From a virus (Duplodnaviria > Caudoviricetes): a stretch of DNA of 47,961 bases. Numbering within the stretch: the first letter of the stretch is position 1; each line of letters begins with the position of its first letter. A program made the translations under genes and the position numbers. The notes beneath the pieces were generated by a model. The model worked only from the letters and a program-made list of their open reading frames with translations, ran no database searches and was not told where the DNA came from. Positions 28,614 through 38,155 of the stretch are shown piece after piece. The DNA lies in IMG/VR virus record IMGVR_UViG_3300036945_000667, positions 1 to 47,961 of that record; one strand, given 5' to 3'.

Positions 28614-29972
28614 TTATTTGAATAAATCGGCAGTTTTGAGGAAACGTCCGCCCCATAGGGATTTTTCAACCTGTGTCTCAGGCTGATCCTGTACAATCTC
28701 GCCGAGATCGCCAGACTTGCGGAAAGCAGTGTCAGCTTCAACAGCGTCTACTCTCTTTCCAAACTCATCAAAATTGCTCTTAGCATTTTGGACTTCATCT
28801 TTTACAGATTTAATCTCGCTAGTTGCGTTGATAAGAGACTTGCTTAGTTCTGCAATTTGTTCAGCTTGTGCTTGAACAACTGCTGTTAGATCGCTAAAGG
28901 CTTTGGTAACAACATCTTTGACATCTGCAATTGCAGTTTCAAAGGTGTCATCTGACTTAGCTACAACCTCTTCTTCTTCTTCTGTTTCAGTAGTCTCTGA
29001 CTTTTCCTTCATGTCGTCTTCGTCAGCATCTGCTGTCTTAGCTACATCTTCGTTCTTGTCTTCGTCAGAATAGTCTGACTTCTCTACTGCTACATCTGTT
29101 GCTTCAGCTGTTGCGTCTGCCTCTGGAGCGACCTGTGATTCTTCAACTGCAGGAGCATCTACGGTAGCTTCATTAGCTACAGCATCTACCGCTACATCAT
29201 TTGTTGTGTCAGTCATAGGACTTACCTCCTTGTTAATCTCAGTTTTAATGCCTTTAGCACTATCAACTAAGAACTTTATCATTTCTGATTTCTCAGTATC
29301 CGTCTTTTCAACGAAACCTATGTTAGTCATTGGCATTCCAGAGATTGGACTTTGTTCAACTTCATTTTCAGAAATAGTAACAATTCCATTATCCTTGTCC
29401 CAAAATACATTTTCAATTATTGTGTCAACAAGGTCACCCTTGACCACGTCAACACCATCTACCTTTTCAATAGACAAAACATTTGCAAACTGGTTTGCTG
29501 GATTGTCTACTAGAGATAGTTCTACAAGATCATATTCTTTAATAATACGAATAGGCTTGTTAAGTTTTTCATCAAGTGCGTCATCCCACTTATTCATTCT
29601 ACCGCCAATTGAAAAACCTGAAAGGGTACCATCTAGTACTTTCTCCCAAGTATCCTGAGCACCCTTTGATACATATGCAGAAACATATACACCACTGTAG
29701 AACTTCTTTGTTTCAGGGTCAAAGTACTTGTCTTCCTTAAATGCTACCATCTTACCTACTGAGATTGGCTGGTGCATTTCACGGATGTTACCACGGAACT
29801 TTGAGAAGGCTTTCATAGAAGCCTCTGCCGTAACAATGTCAGCTTGACGGTCAACGTTGTCAAGTGTGGCAAATCCAGAAACGAGTCTACGTTCCTGATC
29901 AACCTTGTTGAATGGCATTGATAGGCGAACGTTCTCGCCTTCAGTATCCCAATGGGCCTTTGATATAGTCAT
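28614..29972 (-). CDS. Prohead serine protease fused to an acidic/coiled-coil scaffold (start revised to ATG 29972)
   Basis: REMHQP, GFSIGG, ELSLVDNPANQ protease motifs; acidic linker and heptad C-terminus. Confidence 0.9.
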   Translation of the reverse strand: MTISKAHWDTEGENVRLSMPFNKVDQERRLVSGFATLDNVDRQADIVTAEASMKAFSKFRGNIREMHQPISVGKMVAFKEDKYFDPETKKFYSGVYVSAYVSKGAQDTWEKVLDGTLSGFSIGGRMNKWDDALDEKLNKPIRIIKEYDLVELSLVDNPANQFANVLSIEKVDGVDVVKGDLVDTIIENVFWDKDNGIVTISENEVEQSPISGMPMTNIGFVEKTDTEKSEMIKFLVDSAKGIKTEINKEVSPMTDTTNDVAVDAVANEATVDAPAVEESQVAPEADATAEATDVAVEKSDYSDEDKNEDVAKTADADEDDMKEKSETTETEEEEEVVAKSDDTFETAIADVKDVVTKAFSDLTAVVQAQAEQIAELSKSLINATSEIKSVKDEVQNAKSNFDEFGKRVDAVEADTAFRKSGDLGEIVQDQPETQVEKSLWGGRFLKTADLFK

Positions 29973-29981
29973 ACTATTACC

Positions 29982-29990
29982 ATTATAGAG
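29982..29990 (-). promoter_or_regulatory. -10 motif TATAAT upstream of the protease
   Basis: 9 nt before ATG 29972, no SD. Confidence 0.5.
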
Positions 29991-30033
29991 CATATTTTTA
30001 ACAAATGTTGTAAAAATGTAACTTTCTACAAAA

Positions 30034-31683
30034 TTAGTTAGATGCTCTTCCCTCACCCTGTGCATTTCTGCCAGCTACTGTTGCCGTAGAATCTGAAGAA
30101 TTGTTTGCTCTTTCAGCATCTCTAGTCTTGTTTCCTGCCATGTTTCCCTTAGCGTCAGCAGCTTGGCGTGGGCTAAGGTCTAGTGGCTTGTCTCCGTGTG
30201 GTAGCTGTGGAAGTCCCAGAACCTCACGAGCTTCGTTAGGAATCATGATCTGGTTCTTAACGTAACGCTCAAGAATTTGTGATTGAGCAATTTCATCTGT
30301 AAGAGTAAGCTCATTAAACTTGAACTGAAGAATATCAGTCTTTTCTTTAATGATCTTATTGAGCATCTTTTCAAGATTAGTTTGAGCTGGTCTTGCTACC
30401 TGCTCCTTAAAAGTACGGTCTTGTGCAAGGGCTGCTGCAATTGCTGCAGAGTCTCCTCCACCAATCTTAGATAGAGGAACCTGGTGTGCCACAAGAATGT
30501 CATCACGGTTTCTAATACGATACTCGTTAAACGATGCTTCCTGTGTTCCAGTCTCAACTGCCTCCATCTTAAACTCAACCTTGTTTGTGTCTGAGTCTCC
30601 TGGTAGAGGAATGTATAGAGTTCTGTGGTTAGATCCCTTGAGGCTTGTCTGCAAGAATCTAAACATCTTGTCTTCTGCTTCTTCAGAAAGCTTTGCACCC
30701 TTGAGTGTAACGATATAACGAGGAACACCCTTGTTAGTAAAGTAGTCAATGTTGTACTGTGAAGCTAGCTGATCTCCGTGCAATGCTGAAATAGCTGACA
30801 TAATATCAGGTACTCCGTAGAAAGTATTTAGTGGTGAGTATTCCTTATAGTGGATAATCTCATTTGGACGTGGGTCGTTTGTAATTGGGTTTACATTCTT
30901 TGCCCCAAAATTACGGAAGTAAACAACCTTGTTTCCAATAATTTGAATGTAGCCATCACGCATACGACGTACACGCATGGTCGTTGCTGGGATGTGACCA
31001 ATGTAGCCAATCTCTCCCTTGACTGTTCTACCGATTTCAAGATAGCCATTTCCAGTTGCCTGAACGTCTGTGTAGAACTTCATCAATGTGTTTGTAAGCG
31101 AGTCATCTTCATTCAGCGACTCAACCCATTCCTTCATCTCTACCTTTGCACGCTCAATACGCTTACGTGCCTTGTCTGTGGCTGTTTCGTTAGTTGATGC
31201 CTCTAGTGCCATTAGGGTACGCTGTGTTGCTTGGAATTCAAATCCAAGACCAACAATGTTTTCTACCTTGGCATCAATTGCTGCGTGGTTAGCAAATGAG
31301 GTGTCATAAAAGTTTGCCAATTCGTATAGGTTCCATGGTGGAGTAATAACATCAAAGATGCCATATCCATTACGGTATACACGGCCTGGGTTGATCTCTT
31401 TAGAGTATGCCCCATCTTTACCACGATTTACTGCAAGAGCACTATCCTGATATCCCTGTGACATAACGTCAACCTGATTGTACTGAAGAGTTGTCTCAAC
31501 TACTGGATCGTTGTTTGCCTTTTCAATTCTATCTGAACGACGCTTAAAGTTTTTCTCTAGGCCATTCATATCCTTTAGGCTATCCCATGACTTAGCGAAA
31601 GGGTCTTGATCCTTGAAAGGATTTACCTCTTCTTCAAAGTCTGGCATACCCAAATCTCTAATATAATATTCGTTTTCAGACAT
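30034..31683 (-). CDS. Portal protein
   Basis: TGNGYLEI, NEIIHYKEYSPLNTFYGVP, YFTNKGVP, ILVAHQVP, PNEAREVLGLP. Confidence 0.95.
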   Translation of the reverse strand: MSENEYYIRDLGMPDFEEEVNPFKDQDPFAKSWDSLKDMNGLEKNFKRRSDRIEKANNDPVVETTLQYNQVDVMSQGYQDSALAVNRGKDGAYSKEINPGRVYRNGYGIFDVITPPWNLYELANFYDTSFANHAAIDAKVENIVGLGFEFQATQRTLMALEASTNETATDKARKRIERAKVEMKEWVESLNEDDSLTNTLMKFYTDVQATGNGYLEIGRTVKGEIGYIGHIPATTMRVRRMRDGYIQIIGNKVVYFRNFGAKNVNPITNDPRPNEIIHYKEYSPLNTFYGVPDIMSAISALHGDQLASQYNIDYFTNKGVPRYIVTLKGAKLSEEAEDKMFRFLQTSLKGSNHRTLYIPLPGDSDTNKVEFKMEAVETGTQEASFNEYRIRNRDDILVAHQVPLSKIGGGDSAAIAAALAQDRTFKEQVARPAQTNLEKMLNKIIKEKTDILQFKFNELTLTDEIAQSQILERYVKNQIMIPNEAREVLGLPQLPHGDKPLDLSPRQAADAKGNMAGNKTRDAERANNSSDSTATVAGRNAQGEGRASN

Positions 31684-32063
31684 TACTCATCACCATACAT
31701 CTCTAGGGTTTTCTTTGCAGCCATAACAGCGTTTAGATCGTTAAGGTTTGGGATTAGGCCCTGCTTCATACGATCAACCTGTTCTGAATATTCTTCTTCA
31801 GAGATTCTTCCCATTCCTGGGTAGAACTCATATGAGCCATCTTCTTGGCCAAGCTCTTTAGCTGCACGCTGTAGCTTTTGAATTTGAAGGGCATCTCCTC
31901 TGTGAGATGGTACATTTAGTACGTTTCCGCTACCATCAGTGAATGGTTTGCCATTGGCCTTTTTCCAAATGTAAATTCCCCAGCCAATGTGCTGTCCTTC
32001 ATTTACAATAGATAGCTTAGATGTTCCCAGCTGACCAGGAACTTGAAAGTTTTGATTGTTCAT
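31683..32063 (-). CDS. Hypothetical protein coupled to the portal (start revised to ATG 32063)
   Basis: TAATG overlap with the portal; extended -10 motif 7 nt upstream. Confidence 0.75.
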   Translation of the reverse strand: MNNQNFQVPGQLGTSKLSIVNEGQHIGWGIYIWKKANGKPFTDGSGNVLNVPSHRGDALQIQKLQRAAKELGQEDGSYEFYPGMGRISEEEYSEQVDRMKQGLIPNLNDLNAVMAAKKTLEMYGDE

Positions 32064-32070
32064 AACCACA

Positions 32071-32079
32071 AGTATACCA
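32071..32079 (-). promoter_or_regulatory. Extended -10 motif TGGTATACT, leaderless position
   Basis: 7 nt before ATG 32063; a second GGTATAAT lies 10 nt further upstream. Confidence 0.7.
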
Positions 32080-32081
32080 CA

Positions 32082-35000
32082 TTATACCGCTACGAATAGT
32101 TGTGCTTGCCATCTAATATCGTTATATACCTTGTATGAGTAATTAGTAAACCTTAGTTTATTGTCATCACCAACAATTATCTTGTTTGTTCCAGTGTAAA
32201 GCTTGTATGGAATGCTTGGATCTACAACATATACTTTTAAAGTTGGAATATATAGAATATTTTCCCAAGAAATTGGTCCATAATCAGATGTACTCAAGAA
32301 GTCATCCCAAACTGTAACCTCATTATCTGGTTTGTCTAGCATAGTTCTAACCTGTGACCAAGTTCTTAGAGTTGATGTTATGGAGTCTTGGATTGATGTT
32401 AGGCGGTAGTTGCTCATTCCGTGAACTAGCAGTGGACCTGTTATGTCTAGATATCCAGTCATTGAATTAAAGTCAAGGGCTTTGCTAAACTGGATACCAA
32501 TCATGTTCCAGTCATGTGGGGAAATGAACAACTCTCTAACCACAGAACCATTTAAATAGAATATTGCTGATGTTTCTGGAAGACCAGTAACGTCATCTAG
32601 AATATATACCTTGCCACGAGTCTTCTCAGTATTAGTGGCAACTACGTATAGAGATATGGTCTTGAGCTTTGAGCTAATGGTTATAAGCTTTTTTGGGGTT
32701 TCTGGGAATGACTGCTCAGGATATTTTGCAAGTATTTGGATTGCTCCTACACGATATAGGTTTGACCTCTGTGGATTTATCTTTGACCTTATTCCACGCT
32801 TCTTGTTAGACTCAAGGATTCCTCTCATCTGGATTCCACTGGTGTTAGTTAGATATAGGTATGGTGTAGAGCCCTTGTATATTGATACTGGGTTCTTTGC
32901 TTTGTAGTCTGGATAGATACCACGCATTGTGTATGCCGCTAAGGAGTCACCAAAGCGAGTACTAATGTTTGTTGGGGCGATTGGTGACAGTGCCTGTGAG
33001 GCAAGCTGAATAGACTTAATCTTTATTGGATTGCTAACTATTGCCTTAGACTCAATCTCAACATGTAGAACAATGGCAAGATTATTAAACGCTGTATCCT
33101 GTGGCAGGTATATGATTGAGTCATCAACCACCTCATACTTTGTTAGCAACCAGTTTGCACCTGGCTCCACAATGCCAGTTTTATCTAGCAATTTTGTATA
33201 TGGGAAGCTTGTGTGATCCATGTTTGGACTTAGCGACATATATTGGAATGTGACATATGTCTTTACCTGGAGGCCAGATGTGTCAAATGAGTTTTGAGTA
33301 AATGTCGTAATTCTTGGATTCGTAATATTAAACTGAATAAAGTCTAGCACTTGCTCTTGATCACCGTCAGCATTTGTCATTGCCTTTGAAAGATAGCTTA
33401 GCGGAACATAGTCTTGCCAGTATGACTCAGCAGATATGTCAAGAATGAATGAGCCTAGATATAGTCTTGGGTTTAGGGTATAGCTTGCGATGTTTCCCAT
33501 TAACAAGAATATGTCAGATGAGTCTACGCTATCTGCACTAACTACAGAATTCCAAACAGTAGTGTCTGCTGTTCCAGCTACATACTCTTCATCCCACTGG
33601 ACCGTGTCTGCATTGCCTGCATTGACAAAAGTGTCGTTACCCTCAAAGACAGCTATGGTTCCATTTTCAAGAATTAGGTCTGATACCCTATTTAGGTTTC
33701 TTTGTGTACACAACCCAACCTTATAGATCCTGCCACTGAACGTTTTCTCAAAGCTAGTCTGGCCACCAACGTACAAGGAAAGCTTTCCTGCTGCTCCAAA
33801 GAATTTAGAGATGGCACCACCATATGTATTTGATAGTCTAGTTATGTCAATACCAGCAGCAAAGATTGATCCAACTTCTAGGTTTTCCAATGACTCTATG
33901 GTTATGGTTTTCCCATCACTTGTATTTAGCTGGTATTTTATTTTAGTATTCTCTGCTGTAACAGTAAAGTTGCTTCCATCAATATTGTTTTCAACTCTAA
34001 TAAGTATCTGGCTATCTGTTGAAGTAGTCTTAAAAATTCCATAGAACCCCTTTACTTCGCTAGTCAGCACGTTCATTTTAGGGAATAGGATATATCCACC
34101 TTGTTTAGATGGGCTGTCTGCAAGAGTTAGGTCTATTGATGCGAATAACTCGCTACCATCTGTTAGAGAACATTCCTGGAGCCATTCTGAAGTCACTACA
34201 TCTTTGTTATTGAATACTATGTTTGGTAACTTATAGCTTGGTGGCTTTAGAACATTGTTCTCAACAATAGCATTGTCAATGATGCCCTGGTTCCACCTTC
34301 CCATGTCAGGATAAATATAGTTGTTAGCATAATTGGATACTCTGTAGTCAATAAAGGTTGATGCACCAATTAGCGATGAGCTTGACAGCTCTGGGAATTC
34401 TACACCCTGACCGTACACAAAGCGACGCTTAGCAACAAGTTCTGGTATTTGGTATGAGTATGTGGCAACACAGTCAATCTCGTATGACTGAATATCTTCG
34501 TATGAGTAGAATCCTAGCCAGTCTTGTGAGAGCAAACCTAGAAAAGGCTTTGGTAGCTCTAGTGCCTCTGTGTCTACAGTTACTGATATTACCTGCTCTC
34601 CGTTAATTAGCAAGCTTGCTGTATTGTTAGTAACTCTGAAGTGTACCAACATTGGTCTACCCCACTCGTTTACAAAGTATGATCCAATGCTGTTGCCAAT
34701 CTTTAGAACTAGGAATTCTCCTTGGACGTAGAGTCCGTCCTCAGAAGCAATTGGACCAAATATTCTTTTTGCATCTGTAGTGCTAGGGGTAATCCTTATC
34801 CAAAACTCTGAGGTCATATCCATGTACTTGCCAGAGTCATTTAAGAATCCAAGCCCTGGTATAATCAGGGATGGGTTCTCTCCGTTTGCATATATCTTTG
34901 TTAATCCAGAAGAGCCATAAACAATTGGAAATCCAGAGTTGATTGCAAAGATCTTGTTAGATGAAGAAAGGTAGTATCCGTCAAAGCTTGACAGCCCATA

Positions 35001-35639
35001 TGACTTAGCTGGAATAGCCTTTACAGTATTTGGCAAGTTGACAGACTCGTATGAAGAAAGTAACTGTGGCAGAACTCCAGAAGATGTTGTATTAAAATCT
35101 TCTGACCATTGTCCAAAGCTTAGATTGTTGAAGTAGAAGTCGCTGCTAATGCTAACTTCCTGCTGAATTGATATGTATATGGCAATGTCTGAGCTTGTCT
35201 GTGGCAAGTCAAAGGACTTTGACAACAAGGCCCACCCCTCTTGACCACTAGATAGATAGTTGAATGTCTCTGTTACTGGAGTAGATGAGCCAACCTTATA
35301 ACCAAGCTTTACTGTAGCATTTGCTGCAGACTTGAAATAGGTGGATATATTAAAGGAATTCTTGTCTTGGTCAAGCACTGAGGAGTTAAGGATTGTACCA
35401 CTCTTGATTGTTGCTTCATTAGCGTTAGCTATTGATACCCCCACAATAGGTGAGTCTGATACCTGTGGAGATATTGAGGTACTAGACATAAAGGAACCGT
35501 TTGTTATGGTCCATCCAGACATTGACTTATCGTTATTGTCAATCAATGAAACAAAGTTTGCAGTGTCGTCAAGTGCCCACAAAGCTAAAGGATGCTCAGA
35601 AAAGATCTTTTCAGCATATAGGTTTGATGGGTTGGTCAT
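32082..35639 (-). CDS. Large virion structural protein with LamG/ConA-like domains (1185 aa)
   Basis: YAEKIFSEHPLALWALDD, TSEFWIR, ASLLINGEQV, IDCVATY are LamG-like; further lectin-like segments follow. Confidence 0.7.
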   Translation of the reverse strand: MTNPSNLYAEKIFSEHPLALWALDDTANFVSLIDNNDKSMSGWTITNGSFMSSTSISPQVSDSPIVGVSIANANEATIKSGTILNSSVLDQDKNSFNISTYFKSAANATVKLGYKVGSSTPVTETFNYLSSGQEGWALLSKSFDLPQTSSDIAIYISIQQEVSISSDFYFNNLSFGQWSEDFNTTSSGVLPQLLSSYESVNLPNTVKAIPAKSYGLSSFDGYYLSSSNKIFAINSGFPIVYGSSGLTKIYANGENPSLIIPGLGFLNDSGKYMDMTSEFWIRITPSTTDAKRIFGPIASEDGLYVQGEFLVLKIGNSIGSYFVNEWGRPMLVHFRVTNNTASLLINGEQVISVTVDTEALELPKPFLGLLSQDWLGFYSYEDIQSYEIDCVATYSYQIPELVAKRRFVYGQGVEFPELSSSSLIGASTFIDYRVSNYANNYIYPDMGRWNQGIIDNAIVENNVLKPPSYKLPNIVFNNKDVVTSEWLQECSLTDGSELFASIDLTLADSPSKQGGYILFPKMNVLTSEVKGFYGIFKTTSTDSQILIRVENNIDGSNFTVTAENTKIKYQLNTSDGKTITIESLENLEVGSIFAAGIDITRLSNTYGGAISKFFGAAGKLSLYVGGQTSFEKTFSGRIYKVGLCTQRNLNRVSDLILENGTIAVFEGNDTFVNAGNADTVQWDEEYVAGTADTTVWNSVVSADSVDSSDIFLLMGNIASYTLNPRLYLGSFILDISAESYWQDYVPLSYLSKAMTNADGDQEQVLDFIQFNITNPRITTFTQNSFDTSGLQVKTYVTFQYMSLSPNMDHTSFPYTKLLDKTGIVEPGANWLLTKYEVVDDSIIYLPQDTAFNNLAIVLHVEIESKAIVSNPIKIKSIQLASQALSPIAPTNISTRFGDSLAAYTMRGIYPDYKAKNPVSIYKGSTPYLYLTNTSGIQMRGILESNKKRGIRSKINPQRSNLYRVGAIQILAKYPEQSFPETPKKLITISSKLKTISLYVVATNTEKTRGKVYILDDVTGLPETSAIFYLNGSVVRELFISPHDWNMIGIQFSKALDFNSMTGYLDITGPLLVHGMSNYRLTSIQDSITSTLRTWSQVRTMLDKPDNEVTVWDDFLSTSDYGPISWENILYIPTLKVYVVDPSIPYKLYTGTNKIIVGDDNKLRFTNYSYKVYNDIRWQAQLFVAV

Positions 35640-35645
35640 AGTATT

Positions 35646-35654
35646 AGTTTACCA
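35646..35654 (-). promoter_or_regulatory. Extended -10 motif TGGTAAACT, leaderless position
   Basis: 6 nt before ATG 35639, no SD. Confidence 0.65.
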
Positions 35655-35665
35655 CATTCCAGGCT

Positions 35666-35995
35666 TTAAAAAGATGCCCTTGATACTATGTTGATTTCTT
35701 CATCAGTGAATCCAGAGTCAAGCATTCTCTGTCTAATAAGCTTTGGGGCATCTCTTTGGTAAAGCTCTTCTTCAGTCATTGATCTAGTAAACCATACTTG
35801 AGACACAGTGCCATCTATAACTGTTGGTGGCCCCTCGTAAAAAATTTCGTCTTCTTGTAGTTCTGGGATAGCTGTTTCTAATACTGCAATCCATCCAGCT
35901 GGCAGAGCATCTCCTACTTGCCATGATGGATTTTCCAAATAGATGTCTCCCAAAAATCTTGGGTAGTTTCCATTAGGGTCAATAAATAAGTTCAT
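35666..35995 (-). CDS. Putative fibre assembly chaperone
   Basis: Small acidic protein after the adhesin; YPRFLGDI..ENP...EGPP...QVW..RSMTEEE resembles fibre-assembly proteins. Confidence 0.5.
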   Translation of the reverse strand: MNLFIDPNGNYPRFLGDIYLENPSWQVGDALPAGWIAVLETAIPELQEDEIFYEGPPTVIDGTVSQVWFTRSMTEEELYQRDAPKLIRQRMLDSGFTDEEINIVSRASF

Positions 35996-36004
35996 TTTAT
36001 TCCT

Positions 36005-37210
36005 TTACTTTAGATATGTAATTGTTGGTGTTGCAGAAGCAGATACTGATGAATAGCTACTTGCTGTTGAAGATATTCCTGGATCTGAAAAGCTAAATCC
36101 AGAATCGCTAATAGATATACCAGAGCTAGCAAAGGTATAGTCTGTGGGATTGTCCCTTATTGTAAAAGTCTTATACACTCCTGCAGCTATATTTATTAGG
36201 CCATTTACTTTAATAAAATGATTTGTACCCATCATGGCGATAGTGTTGTCTGTTTTTGAAGCTGCCATTCTTAGAGTACCGTACGTATTTCCAAATGCCA
36301 CAGTTTTTTGCGGCGTACTGCCAGAAAATCTTGTATACGTGGCTCCCCACTCAGCTGGAGAATAGTTATTGGATAAGCTATACGTGGATAAATATAGATA
36401 GCCAGAAGCATCATATCCAACAGATCCACCAGAATTTGATATGTATCCCGAACTGGCAGATGCCGATTTTATTGATGATACAACTGTTCCAGAAGTAGTA
36501 AATCTAACAATAAATGATGTATATGGAGAGCCCATCTGACCACTTACTGCTGGATACGATGACGAGTCAAGGGCTACACTTTGTGGGAAAATGTTAGCAG
36601 ATGTTCCTATGGATAGCCTTTTCTGATAGGCAATTGAGAGATTTGAAGAGTTTACGTGAAAGTATATTCCATCAAAGCTTACATTTGAGTTTGGGCTGTT
36701 GTATCCAGTTAGTGCTATAGTTGTTGCATTTACATCTATGCCGTAAAACCCTACTCTTGAGCTAGTTCTTCTTGCTGCAGAAAGTGCTCCTGTGGATGTA
36801 TCAATTTTGGCAAAATATCCATAGGTGCCATCCTCTCCAGCAACGTAAAGAAAGCCACCATACTGCTTACATACTTGCCAATCTATGCCAGTACCAACAA
36901 ATCTTTGCCACTGCAAGTTTCCAGAAGAATCATATTTTGCAACAGACGATCCTGATCCAGCGGTATATGCATTTTCTGATGAATCAATATCAATCGCATA
37001 CCTGTTTCCTGACGATGTTAACTGTCTGCCCCACTGAACCTTACCCTTTTTACTAAGCTTGTAAAGTGTTCCATATGTTTGGACATAAGAGTTACCCTCT
37101 AATGATGTTATAGCAAGACCATAGCCAGATCCAAGTCCAGATGATATAAACTGTGACGATAGGGATGGTCCAGAAGCTACAATTCCAAGGGGTGTTGGTA
37201 ATGGAGACAT
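36005..37210 (-). CDS. Beta-propeller protein, putative receptor-binding/adhesin
   Basis: Repeated blades (KLSKKGKVQWGRQL, AKYDSSGNLQWQR, AKIDTSTG, VRFTTSGTV); Ser/Gly/Tyr-rich. Confidence 0.7.
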   Translation of the reverse strand: MSPLPTPLGIVASGPSLSSQFISSGLGSGYGLAITSLEGNSYVQTYGTLYKLSKKGKVQWGRQLTSSGNRYAIDIDSSENAYTAGSGSSVAKYDSSGNLQWQRFVGTGIDWQVCKQYGGFLYVAGEDGTYGYFAKIDTSTGALSAARRTSSRVGFYGIDVNATTIALTGYNSPNSNVSFDGIYFHVNSSNLSIAYQKRLSIGTSANIFPQSVALDSSSYPAVSGQMGSPYTSFIVRFTTSGTVVSSIKSASASSGYISNSGGSVGYDASGYLYLSTYSLSNNYSPAEWGATYTRFSGSTPQKTVAFGNTYGTLRMAASKTDNTIAMMGTNHFIKVNGLINIAAGVYKTFTIRDNPTDYTFASSGISISDSGFSFSDPGISSTASSYSSVSASATPTITYLK

Positions 37211-37215
37211 ATGCC

Positions 37216-38064
37216 TTATCCTAGGCTACCAATAAGTGCGTACACTCCAGATGCTATGCACATCACAGATGATGCTGTGTATTGCGTTGTCATTGTAAGT
37301 GCTGATGCTTGAAGTGATCCTGTTCCACCTGCAAAAGTTGCACTAGTCCCCTGTAGCCAAAAGTCTACTCGTTGTCCAACTGTCAATGGATTATTGATAG
37401 TTACCGTGATAGCTCCACCAGTTGGATTTAGGATTAATGTCTTTCCGCTATCGCTTGATTGCAAGGTATAGGTTGTAGCTGTAATTGCAGTTGCTACAGT
37501 ATTAGTTATCTCAGTTGCATTGTGCGTGTGAGATGCTGGAGTAAAGGTTGTTGGCTTGTCTGTTATGTCAGCCCATAGGTGGGTGTGTGTTGATGGAGTA
37601 AAGGTGGTTGGCTTGTCAGTAATATCAGCATAAGCATGCGTGTGCGTAAAATCTGTTATTTGAGACTTTGTGTGGGTGTGTGAAGTGTTTGCCTTATTTC
37701 CCAAAGCTGTAGTCATTGTTGATGCAAAGCTTGGGTCATCGCCCATGGCTGCTGCTAGCTCATTTAGTGTGTCTAGAGCTAGTGGGGCAGAGTCAACTAA
37801 CCCTGCTACTGCTGTTGCTACTGAAGTAGTGATGGCTGTCTGAACATCTTCACCTGCAGCTGCTATAAGGGCTGCTACGTCTGCTGTTGATATTGAGTCA
37901 TCTTCATTTAGAAAATATGGTAGGCTTAGCCATGCAGTCTCTCCATCACCAATCTTGAACTTTTGAGTGTCTTCTTCAAAGCCAAACTCACCAATCTCAA
38001 GAATTGGGTTTACTGCTGTCCATCGTGAAGCCAAGCCACGACGTTGCATCATTCTAGTAGTCAT
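37216..38064 (-). CDS. Fibre protein: Mtd-N-like head, fibre shaft motif, HxH repeats, C-terminal beta domain
   Basis: QRRGLASRW...NPILEIGEFGFE..T.KFKIGDG...W..LPY; APLALDTLNELAAAMGDDPSF; four HTH(H-x-H) units. Confidence 0.85.
   Translation of the reverse strand: MTTRMMQRRGLASRWTAVNPILEIGEFGFEEDTQKFKIGDGETAWLSLPYFLNEDDSISTADVAALIAAAGEDVQTAITTSVATAVAGLVDSAPLALDTLNELAAAMGDDPSFASTMTTALGNKANTSHTHTKSQITDFTHTHAYADITDKPTTFTPSTHTHLWADITDKPTTFTPASHTHNATEITNTVATAITATTYTLQSSDSGKTLILNPTGGAITVTINNPLTVGQRVDFWLQGTSATFAGGTGSLQASALTMTTQYTASSVMCIASGVYALIGSLG
37520..37682 (-). repeat. His-Thr-His fibre repeats including a 57-bp tandem duplication
   Basis: HTHAYADITDKPTTFTPST / HTHLWADITDKPTTFTPAS; DNA copies offset by 57 nt (37538 vs 37595). 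Confidence 0.9.
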
Positions 38065-38079
38065 ATTTTCTCCTAGTCT

Positions 38080-38088
38080 ATTTTACCA
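38080..38088 (-). promoter_or_regulatory. Extended -10 motif TGGTAAAAT
   Basis: After a terminator, before SD AGGAGA and ATG 38064. Confidence 0.6.
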
Positions 38089-38102
38089 TAATTAAGTTAT
38101 AT

Positions 38103-38140
38103 AAATAGAAATACCCTGCCAGGTTAGTGACAGGGTATCT
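38103..38140 (-). terminator. Intrinsic terminator after the 596-aa fibre gene
   Basis: AGATACCCTGTCA...TGGCAGGGTATTT followed by CTATTT. Confidence 0.75.
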
Positions 38141-38155
38141 CCTTTGGATTACTTA

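Noticed and set aside
29300-29415. VFWDKDNG...SPISGMPMTNIG in the protease as a Cys-less relic zinc ribbon
   Set aside because: The resemblance is only a spacing pattern and cannot be supported without orthologue alignments.
6015-31683. Repeated TAATG stop/start overlaps (6015, 7743, 9832, 24846, 25965, 26891, 31683)
   Set aside because: Ordinary translational coupling in phage operons.
37900-38064. Mtd N-terminal-like domain suggesting a diversity-generating retroelement
   Set aside because: No reverse transcriptase, no TR/VR pair with adenine-specific mismatches and no C-type-lectin variable end were seen. This N-terminal domain is common in ordinary fibres.
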